In this document: one piece after another, positions 10,253 through 17,886 of the stretch | Position numbering within the stretch: the first letter of the stretch is position 1 | Layout: each line of letters starts with the position of its first letter | Assembly (NCBI GenBank): GCA_046545815.1 | Contig: JBKGZA010000002.1 | Span: 1 to 62,881, forward strand | Reading direction: 5' to 3' | From: Bacteroidales bacterium | Lineage (GTDB): Bacteria > Bacteroidota > Bacteroidia > Bacteroidales > UBA12077 | Length of the DNA: 62,881 nucleotides | The notes under the pieces: generated by a model | What the model saw: only the letters and a program-made list of their open reading frames with translations | Told to the model about the DNA's origin: nothing | The model's database searches: none | Translations under genes and position numbers: made by a program

Positions 10253-10370
10253 TTGTTTACCGTAAAAAATACTTATGAAGAAGTTCTTTCCAATACGCTC
10301 CAATCAGTAAATCAAGCATCAATTGTCAAAAAACAAATTTCAGATAATGACCGATAGTCAATTTTTCTAT

Positions 10371-10397
10371 TTCAAAACAAGATAATCTTGTTTTGAA
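10371..10397. terminator. terminator-like hairpin downstream of the arg cluster
   Basis: Perfect 11-bp stem TTCAAAACAAG / CTTGTTTTGAA with a 5-nt loop, about 70 nt downstream of the argJ stop. It is AT-rich and has no clear U-tract. Confidence 0.4.
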
Positions 10398-10468
10398 TAT
10401 TATTGGATCCTTAGCCCTCGTTATCCGGGATTTTTGATGATTCATGGATCTCAGTGAAAATTCATACA

Positions 10469-11710
10469 TTAAGTAGTATACACCGAATTAAACATCACAT
10501 AATCCGTGGTGATATCAGATCCCCAGGCTGTGGCTTCTGCTTCTCCGTTATTCAGGTTTAGATGAACCCGGATATGTGATTCTCTGAGCATTTTCTTCAT
10601 CAAATTCCGGTTGAAGTCTACCGGTACCCCTTTATCCAATATCTGGATCAGTTCTTTTTCATTACCAATGTAAAGATCCACAGTGGAGCTGTCGAAATGA
10701 ACTCCGGCATTTCCGGCAGCCATGATAATCCTGCCCCAGTTCGGGTCGCGTCCGAACATTGCCGTCTTTACAAGAAGGGAATCCGAAACGCTGCGCGCCA
10801 ATTTTTTGGCAGTCTGATAGGAATCGGCTTCTGTCACCTTGTATTCTATAAATTTGGAGGCCCCTTCGGCATCCGATATAATCAGCTTGGCCAGGTGGAG
10901 CATCATCTCCGACAAATGTTCTTCAAAAACTTGAAAGTTGGGGTCATCCTTTGATTTGATCTCGGGGTTTTCCGCCATTCCATTGGCCAAGACCAATACC
11001 ATGTCATTGGTGGAGGTATCACCATCAACAGTGATCATATTAAATGATTTTTCCACCGCCTGTTTCACGGTTTCTTCCAGCAGTGATTTATCTATGGCCG
11101 CATCAGTAACGATAAATGCCAGCATGGTTGCCATATTCGGATGAATCATTCCTGAACCTTTGGCAATACCGGCTATATTAACCTCCTTTCCGTCCAGTTC
11201 AAAACCAAGGTGCCCCTCTTTGGCAAAGGTATCGGTAGTTAATATGGCATTGGCTGCAAAGCTCCCTGCCTTCGGACTGTCAGAGAGCTTGGGGATATTT
11301 TCCTTGATACCTGCTACAATCTCTTCAGTGGGAAAAGTTTCCCCGATCAATCCGGTTGAAGCCACCATCACCAGCTCGGGATCAATTCCGAGGCCTTCTG
11401 CTGTAGTTTTGGCCATGGATTCGGCACCTTTGTAACCCTGCTCTCCAGTACATGCATTTGCATTTCCGGAATTTACAACAATAGCCTGTGCCCGGTTATC
11501 ACTGATGTGCTTTTTCGTCAGCTTAACAGGTTCGGCGATCACATCATTCAGTGTAAATGTAGCTGCGGCATTCGCGGGAACTTCCGAATAGATGATGGCC
11601 AGATCCCGCCGCATCGATTTGATGCCGGTGTGTGCACCCCAGCATTTTATTCCTTTAACATTGGTAATGTTATTCAGAAGATCATTGGTATTTACCGATT
11701 GCTTGCTCAT
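10469..11710 (-). CDS. argJ: bifunctional glutamate N-acetyltransferase / amino-acid acetyltransferase
   Basis: 413 aa of the ArgJ family, with the autoproteolysis region (GMIHPNMATMLAFIVTDA) and C-terminal DITTDYV..NS.YTT. Confidence 0.9.
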   Translation of the reverse strand: MSKQSVNTNDLLNNITNVKGIKCWGAHTGIKSMRRDLAIIYSEVPANAAATFTLNDVIAEPVKLTKKHISDNRAQAIVVNSGNANACTGEQGYKGAESMAKTTAEGLGIDPELVMVASTGLIGETFPTEEIVAGIKENIPKLSDSPKAGSFAANAILTTDTFAKEGHLGFELDGKEVNIAGIAKGSGMIHPNMATMLAFIVTDAAIDKSLLEETVKQAVEKSFNMITVDGDTSTNDMVLVLANGMAENPEIKSKDDPNFQVFEEHLSEMMLHLAKLIISDAEGASKFIEYKVTEADSYQTAKKLARSVSDSLLVKTAMFGRDPNWGRIIMAAGNAGVHFDSSTVDLYIGNEKELIQILDKGVPVDFNRNLMKKMLRESHIRVHLNLNNGEAEATAWGSDITTDYVMFNSVYTT

Positions 11711-11824
11711 TTCTGGTGTTTTTTATATATGATACATCGTGGTTATACACTATAAACAACTGATATTAAACACTTATTATTTCCACTTGTTGTTATGAAG
11801 TCACTGATATGATCATTTTACATC

Positions 11825-12856
11825 TTAAGGCATGAGTGGAACAAGACCAAGGGCTTCTTTTTCATCAAAACCCAGCATGAGGTTCATATTCTGAACAGCC
11901 TGGCCTGCGGCACCCTTAACAAGATTATCAATGACTGTAAATACAAAGATGTTGCCGGTTCTGTCATCATAAAACGGGGCAATATCCGTATAATTTGTAC
12001 TCCTTACCTGTTTGATTTCAGGGGGATTCCTTAATATCCGTATAAAAGGCTCCTGACCATAATACTGATGGTACAAGTCAGTCAGCTTTTTCTCCGAGAT
12101 CTTTCGGGAAGGAATCGAATAGATGGAAGTAAGAATTCCCCTGTCAACAGGTAAAAGATGGGGAGTGAATTGTATGGTACTTTCATTTCCCGACGATTCC
12201 GAAAGGACTTCCTGTATTTCGACGGTATGCCGGTGACTTTTTATGCCGTAGGGTTTGAAGTTATCGTTCACATTGGGGAAATGAGTCACTCCTTTAGGTT
12301 TTACACCGGCCCCGGTAACGCCTGTTTTGGCGTCGACAAAAATCCGGTCGGGATGGATGAGATGCTCCTTAAGCAAGGGATAGGCACCCAGGATTGCTCC
12401 GGTAGGAAAGCATCCCGGATTGGCTACAAGATTACTGCGGGATATGGGTTCCCGATACAGCTCAGGAAGACCAAAAACCGCTTTCTGAAAACCTTCAGGA
12501 TAGGTATGTTCAATATTATACCAGTTGAAATAAATTTTGGGTGAGCTGAGCCGGAAATCTCCCGAAAGATCAATGATCTTAAACGGCTTGTCATTCCACT
12601 TTCTCACATATTCCATAGATACCCCGTGGGGCAGGGCAAGAAAAACCAAATCAATCTGATAATCAACGATATGCTCTGCTGATTTCAGTTCCACATCGCA
12701 AATTTCCCGGAACTGGGGATGAATATCCGAAAACTTTTTTCCCTGATGGGTTTCCGAGGTAATAAGTTCCACCTGAACCTGATCATGAAAAGTCAGAATG
12801 CGCACCAACTCCGATCCTGTATAACCTGTTGCCCCTATAATCGCTACTTTCTTCAT
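11825..12856 (-). CDS. argC: N-acetyl-gamma-glutamyl-phosphate reductase
   Basis: 343 aa with an N-terminal GATGYTG Rossmann motif and the active-site region NPGCFPT. Confidence 0.95.
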   Translation of the reverse strand: MKKVAIIGATGYTGSELVRILTFHDQVQVELITSETHQGKKFSDIHPQFREICDVELKSAEHIVDYQIDLVFLALPHGVSMEYVRKWNDKPFKIIDLSGDFRLSSPKIYFNWYNIEHTYPEGFQKAVFGLPELYREPISRSNLVANPGCFPTGAILGAYPLLKEHLIHPDRIFVDAKTGVTGAGVKPKGVTHFPNVNDNFKPYGIKSHRHTVEIQEVLSESSGNESTIQFTPHLLPVDRGILTSIYSIPSRKISEKKLTDLYHQYYGQEPFIRILRNPPEIKQVRSTNYTDIAPFYDDRTGNIFVFTVIDNLVKGAAGQAVQNMNLMLGFDEKEALGLVPLMP

Positions 12857-12857
12857 A

Positions 12858-14081
12858 TTATTCCGATTCTTCCAGTGATTGACACATAACGTCCTGAACC
12901 GTTTTCAGCTCATTATAAGTGATATTCAACGGCGGCACAAAACGTAAAACATTATCGGCCGTTGCGTTCGCAAGAACACCCTTTTCAAGCATTCTGGACA
13001 CAATGGGTTTGGCTTCGAATGCCAATTCAACTCCGATCATCAGACCCAACCCCCGGACTTCTTCTATTCCATACTTTTCAGGTGTGTTATTTTGTATCTG
13101 GTTTCTCATCCACTCACCCTTTTCTGCAGCCTGTTTAACAAGCCCTTCATCTTCAATCACTCCGATGGCTGCCAGCGCAGCGGCTGTGGCGAGCGGATTG
13201 CCACCAAAAGTTGTACCATGGTCGCCAAAACCAATCACCTGTGAAACCTTCTCATTGGCAAGCAGGGCACTTATAGGAACGCCACTCCCAAGCGCTTTGG
13301 CCGAAGTAAGCATATCCGGCTGCACACCAAAATGCTCTTTGGCAAAAAATGCTCCTGTACGCCCCATACCGCATTGAATTTCATCGAATATCAGCAATAT
13401 GTTGTGCTGGTCGCATATCTCCCGCAACTGCCTCATAAAATCCTTTCCTGCTATATGGATGCCGCCCTCTCCCTGCACGGGTTCAATGATAAAAGCAGCC
13501 ACATCTTCATTAACGGTTTCCTTTACAGCTTCTATATCATTGAATGGGATCATACCGAATCCCTGTGGAATTGGTTCAAAACCTTCCTGCATCTTCTTCT
13601 TGCCCATGGCAATGGTGCCCAAAGTACGTCCGTGAAAGCAGCCGGAAAAACTGATCACGGTACCTCCGCGATTATGAGCATGAGCATATTTCCTTGCCAG
13701 CTTAACAGCCCCCTCATTGGCTTCAGCACCGCTATTGGCGAAGAATACACGGCTTAAACCGCTGAGTGTTGACAGCTTCTCTGAAAGCAGTGCCTGCGGC
13801 TTGCTTAAATAGAAATTGGAAATATGGATAAGGTCTTCTGCTTGTCTCTGAATTGCTTCCACAATGCGCGGGTGACAATGACCTGCGCTGTTTACGGCAA
13901 TACCTGCCATAGCATCAATATATTCCCTGCCATTATCGTCCCACACACGGCTTCCTTTTCCCTTGATCAGTGTAACCGGAAATCGGTTGAAAGTGGGTAA
14001 ATAGTACTTTTTATCCAGTTCCTGAAAATGGGGATTCTTCTTTTTATCCATAAAACTTTTCTGATTGCTTTTATTTAACAA
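12858..14081 (-). CDS. argD: acetylornithine aminotransferase (class III PLP aminotransferase)
   Basis: Class III aminotransferase motifs (FANSGAEANEGA; DEIQCGMGRTG; PLP-lysine region TSAKALG). The true start may be the ATG at 14051 (MDKKKNP), which removes the overlap with argB. Confidence 0.9.
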   Translation of the reverse strand: MLNKSNQKSFMDKKKNPHFQELDKKYYLPTFNRFPVTLIKGKGSRVWDDNGREYIDAMAGIAVNSAGHCHPRIVEAIQRQAEDLIHISNFYLSKPQALLSEKLSTLSGLSRVFFANSGAEANEGAVKLARKYAHAHNRGGTVISFSGCFHGRTLGTIAMGKKKMQEGFEPIPQGFGMIPFNDIEAVKETVNEDVAAFIIEPVQGEGGIHIAGKDFMRQLREICDQHNILLIFDEIQCGMGRTGAFFAKEHFGVQPDMLTSAKALGSGVPISALLANEKVSQVIGFGDHGTTFGGNPLATAAALAAIGVIEDEGLVKQAAEKGEWMRNQIQNNTPEKYGIEEVRGLGLMIGVELAFEAKPIVSRMLEKGVLANATADNVLRFVPPLNITYNELKTVQDVMCQSLEESE

Positions 14082-14901
14082 ATCGGGTTCCTTGTATATT
14101 ATTGGTTTCCACTATACTTTCCATCAGTCGCTCCGGTTTCTTGCCATTAATGATCAACGCAGACTCAGCTCCATTTTCAATGGCCCTTTTGCAGGCTTCC
14201 GTCTTAGGTATCATCCCCCCTTTGATCACATCCTGATAAAGTTCCTCCATTTCAGTTATTTTTAATTCCCTGATCAATGATGAAGGATCAGAAGGGTCCT
14301 TCAGTAACCCGTCCACATCGGTGAGCATAATAAAATGCTTGGCTTTCAGGGCTCCGGCAAGATAACCTGCAAACATATCGGCATTTACATTGTAATCGGC
14401 ACCATCCTCTCCTGCTGAAATAGTGGATACCACCGGGATATAATCATTTGCAAGCAGAATATCCAGCAATGTGGTGTCGATGTTTCTGATGTTTCCCACA
14501 TATCCTATATCAACTTGTCGCCCCTCCTGATCGGTATGATATCTTTTTCCCACTTGCACCATCCGGCCATCTTTACCCGAAAGCCCGACAGATCGAAGAC
14601 CCAGTTCATTCAACAGCCGCACCAGCTTACTGTTTACATTCCCTTTCAGGGCCATTTCAATATATTTCATGGCTTCTCCTGTAGTTTTTCGGTGACCCTC
14701 AACAAATTCCGTTTCGATACCGGCCAGTTTAAGATTGTCTTCAATGAACGGCCCACCACCATGAACCAAAACCACATGATAATTCCTTCTTATAAGTTCA
14801 TAAACTTCTTTAAGAAGCTCCCGGGTTAGTTCGTCATCCCGCATGGCATTACCACCATACTTTATCAGAACCACTTCATTGTGCTGATCTGCTTTTGGCA
14901 T
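14071..14901 (-). CDS. argB: acetylglutamate kinase
   Basis: 276 aa of the amino-acid kinase family (IKYGGNAM...VLVHGGGP...NVNAD). Confidence 0.9.
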   Translation of the reverse strand: MPKADQHNEVVLIKYGGNAMRDDELTRELLKEVYELIRRNYHVVLVHGGGPFIEDNLKLAGIETEFVEGHRKTTGEAMKYIEMALKGNVNSKLVRLLNELGLRSVGLSGKDGRMVQVGKRYHTDQEGRQVDIGYVGNIRNIDTTLLDILLANDYIPVVSTISAGEDGADYNVNADMFAGYLAGALKAKHFIMLTDVDGLLKDPSDPSSLIRELKITEMEELYQDVIKGGMIPKTEACKRAIENGAESALIINGKKPERLMESIVETNNIQGTRFVK

Positions 14902-15192
14902 TCCAAATAAAATTATCGTAAGATTTTACATTTTGTTATTCCGCCGGGTATTCTCCTATTCATCCCGGCAATTTTCACCGGCCTGATTGCCGACGGCAAT
15001 ATGCTCCGGCTTTTTATGTTAACGGATAAAAATATATCTGAATTAATCGGAGTGAAAGTTAAATAAATTCCTCCAACCATACAAAAAATCGACCTCCGTT
15101 TATGCTATTATCCGGGAAGATCGTTTTGGCAGAACAAACCCTTCTACAAGCACAGAATTGTTCTTGTTACATGACTTCTTGTTTTAAAAGCA

Positions 15193-16269
15193 TCATGTAA
15201 CCTCAAAATCAATTCCCATCTTATCGGCCAGTTCACGCAGGTTCTTTTTCACGGAATCCAACAGTTCAATCCCTTCACGTGCGGTTTTTTCCTCCATTCT
15301 TCTTTCAGGATCACCCGGTATCATTACCTCGGGCTGACCCCCGATATTTTCTGCCTTCCTGAAAGTTTCCATCCATTTGTCCATCCTGTTTTTGAATTCC
15401 TCTTTCTCCTGGAAGGCATCGATGCGCATGGCACCAAAGAAATGACCCAATCCCAGGCCTACCTGTGTTTCCGGTGGTGCCAGAAAAGGTACCTGAGGCG
15501 GTACAAAAGGACCGAAATTAGCCCCCGAAAGTACCGCAGAAAAGATATCCACAATAGAATTCAGGCAATATCCTTTGTGACTTCCGTGCGCACGATCGCT
15601 GCCCAACGGAAGGATTGCCCCTCCTTTCTTGATGACATCAGGATCTGTTGAAGGGCGGCCCTCCGCATCCTGCACAAGCCCCTCTTCAACGGACTCTCCC
15701 TGCGTAGCCTTAATAGTAAGCTTTCCCCTGGCAATGGGTGTTGTGGCAAAGTCGGCAACATACGGAGGATATTTACCTGCCGGTATTGCCACAGCAACAG
15801 GATTCGTACCCAACAACCGGCTTTTGGAATAGGTAGGAGCGACAAATGGGTTGGCATTGGTCATGGCAATGCCAATCATGTCTTCTTCCAGGGCCATCAT
15901 TGAATAAAAACCGGCTATTCCAAAATGATTGGAGTTTTTTGTAGCTACCCATCCGGTACTTGCATTTTTGGCCTTTTCCATGGCAATCTGCATGGAGCGC
16001 TTGGCTGCTACCATTCCATAAGCCCCATCACCATTAACAACAGCAGTACCGGGTGTTTCTCTTTCCTTTTTTATTTCCGGCCGGATATTGATCTTTCCTT
16101 TTTCATACATTAAGAAATAATTTTTGATCCGGATCATGCCATGGGAGGATATCCCCCTTTTTTCCGCAGCCACCAAAATTTCTGCAATTGTGTAAGCATC
16201 ACTTTCAGAGCAACCCAGTTTTCTGAAAAGCCGGGAAGTAAAATCCCTTAAATACTCAGCTGAATACAT
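15193..16269 (-). CDS. Ldh family oxidoreductase (type-2 malate/L-lactate/ureidoglycolate dehydrogenase family)
   Basis: 358 aa with Ldh_2-type sequence (SHGMIR...NSNHFG...PIA..GG..HKGY). Substrate not inferable. Confidence 0.75.
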   Translation of the reverse strand: MYSAEYLRDFTSRLFRKLGCSESDAYTIAEILVAAEKRGISSHGMIRIKNYFLMYEKGKINIRPEIKKERETPGTAVVNGDGAYGMVAAKRSMQIAMEKAKNASTGWVATKNSNHFGIAGFYSMMALEEDMIGIAMTNANPFVAPTYSKSRLLGTNPVAVAIPAGKYPPYVADFATTPIARGKLTIKATQGESVEEGLVQDAEGRPSTDPDVIKKGGAILPLGSDRAHGSHKGYCLNSIVDIFSAVLSGANFGPFVPPQVPFLAPPETQVGLGLGHFFGAMRIDAFQEKEEFKNRMDKWMETFRKAENIGGQPEVMIPGDPERRMEEKTAREGIELLDSVKKNLRELADKMGIDFEVT

Positions 16270-16284
16270 AGTGAAATTTGTTTG

Positions 16285-17043
16285 TTAACGAACGTCCTTA
16301 TAAAATGAATTGGCCTGATCCGTAGCTGTTATCTCAATATTGTTCAGATTGACATGTTGGGGCTGATTCACTGCAAACATTATGATTTCTGCCACGTCAT
16401 CCCCGGTTAAGGGTGTAAATCCTTTATAGGCCTTTTCCGCTTTATCCTTATCTCCTTTAAATCTGACCAGCGAAAATTCTGTTTCCACCATGCCGGGAGA
16501 GATATTTGTAACTTTGATCTTATCTTTCAGCATGTCGATGCGCATTGCCTCAGAAAGGGCTTCCACGGCATGTTTTGTGGCACAATATACATTGCCCTTT
16601 TCATATACTTCATGGCCAGCTATTGAGGCAACATTCAGAATGTGCCCGGAACCTTGTTCGATCATTCGCGGAGCAATCTTTCGCGTGATGTAGAGAAGTC
16701 CCTTAACATTGGTGTCGATCATCCGTTCCCAGTCATCTATCTCACCCTCCTGTATATGACTCAATCCCACAGCCAGTCCTGCGTTGTTGATCAACACTCC
16801 GATGTTTTTCCACTCATCAGGGAGGCTGTCAACTGAGTTAAACACCTCATGTTTGTCTCTTATGTCAAAGCTCAGAATATACGCCCGGGCAGAGTAGTTT
16901 TTTTCTATGGCTTCTTTGAGGCTTTCAAGCCTTTCACTCCTTCTTCCCGTAATGATTACACTCCACCCATTTTCAGCCAGCTTCAGTGCTGTGGCACGGC
17001 CTATGCCTGCTGTAGCTCCTGTAATTAGTGCTATCCTGCTCAT
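16285..17043 (-). CDS. SDR family NAD(P)-dependent oxidoreductase (YdfG-like)
   Basis: TGATAGIG cofactor motif, NNAG, and the catalytic Y-x-x-x-K (YCATK). Confidence 0.9.
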   Translation of the reverse strand: MSRIALITGATAGIGRATALKLAENGWSVIITGRRSERLESLKEAIEKNYSARAYILSFDIRDKHEVFNSVDSLPDEWKNIGVLINNAGLAVGLSHIQEGEIDDWERMIDTNVKGLLYITRKIAPRMIEQGSGHILNVASIAGHEVYEKGNVYCATKHAVEALSEAMRIDMLKDKIKVTNISPGMVETEFSLVRFKGDKDKAEKAYKGFTPLTGDDVAEIIMFAVNQPQHVNLNNIEITATDQANSFYKDVR

Positions 17044-17137
17044 ATCTTCAGTATTTTTTTGGGTTCGGATGCTAAAATAACAAAATTAGTAGGAAGAATG
17101 ATGGATCAAACATTTCTTCGCTACCATTGAATATTTT

Positions 17138-17495
17138 CCCGGTACAGCCGCATTTTTTATCGGTACAAACGGTTTATGCTTCGGTACAATCACATTTTAT
17201 TCCGGTACAGTCGTGTTTCTCTCCGGTACAGTCGTGTTTTTCTCCGGTACAGTCACATTTTTTATGGGTACAATTACATTATCTTCCGGTACATTTGGAT
17301 TTTTGAGCGGTACAATGGCATATTCTTTCGGTACAATCGATATATTTCCTGGTACAATCCAACTTTTTTCCGGTACAATGGGTTTCTTCGCCGGTACAAT
17401 AGATCATTTTCCCGGAACGCAAGGGATTTCTGCTGGTACAAGATAGTTTTTTACCGGTGCAAAGGAAATTAATTTTTGGTACATAGGGATTCTAT
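17138..17495. repeat. 17-unit tandem array, exact 21-bp period, conserved core CGGTACA plus a T-tract
   Basis: GGTACA or a one/two-mismatch variant starts at 17141, 17162, 17183, 17204, 17225, 17246, 17267, 17288, 17309, 17330, 17351, 17372, 17393, 17414 (GGAACG), 17435, 17456 (GGTGCA) and 17478. Units 4-6 are almost identical. The other units have diverged except in the core and the T-run. Confidence 0.9.
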
Positions 17496-17758
17496 CGTGG
17501 AACGCACCCGTCCGACCGACATGCAAGAATCTGGATCTTTTGGAATAATCTTTATTATACCCGTAAAGCCAAATGCTTTGCCAATATCTGACAATCGGTC
17601 AGACGGGGAGCATCCGTTCGGGGGGAAACATCCTAATGGCCATAAATGACAATTATATTCCACTGCAAACTCCAGGTTTCAGGACCTGACAACTTATAGA
17701 TGAATGATCACAGAATGACTATCGAATATCTCTGCCAACTGTAGCTTTCAGGTTTTGC

Positions 17759-17775
17759 TCCCGCAGAATGCGGGA
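17759..17775. terminator. short GC-rich hairpin downstream of the CBM9/DUF5916 gene (terminator candidate)
   Basis: TCCCGCA-gaa-TGCGGGA: a perfect 7-bp stem with a 3-nt loop, about 110 nt 3' of the stop. No U-tract. Confidence 0.3.
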
Positions 17776-17886
17776 CCCATTGCCAACTTCTTCCTCAAAC
17801 CCTTTCTAACAACTCAATGACCCTTGATTCTTCTGTCAACTGAGGCATTTGGTTTGCCAACTGCCCGTTGCCCATTGCCAACTAAA

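Noticed and set aside
17176-17472. Two ORFs (98 aa and 77 aa, 17213-17446) encoding heptad-repeat peptides across the CGGTACA array
   Set aside because: Their openness follows from the 21-bp (7-codon) period. Invariant nucleotides include wobble positions in all frames, with no synonymous variation. There is no ATG at the array edge (one ORF starts at an internal GTG). The third frame and the minus-strand frames are interrupted by stops.
17138-17495. CRISPR array
   Set aside because: The period is 21 bp with a 7-8-nt conserved core. There are no 24-40-bp repeats alternating with unique spacers, and no cas genes or leader. The same reasoning applies to the array at 35344-35560.
17469-17663. 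64-aa minus-strand ORF, or a structured ncRNA, in the gap after the CGGTACA array
   Set aside because: The ORF has no homology and a poor coding look. A few short hairpins exist (for example CTGAC-aatcg-GTCAG near 17590), but nothing resembles a known RNA family, so it is left unannotated.
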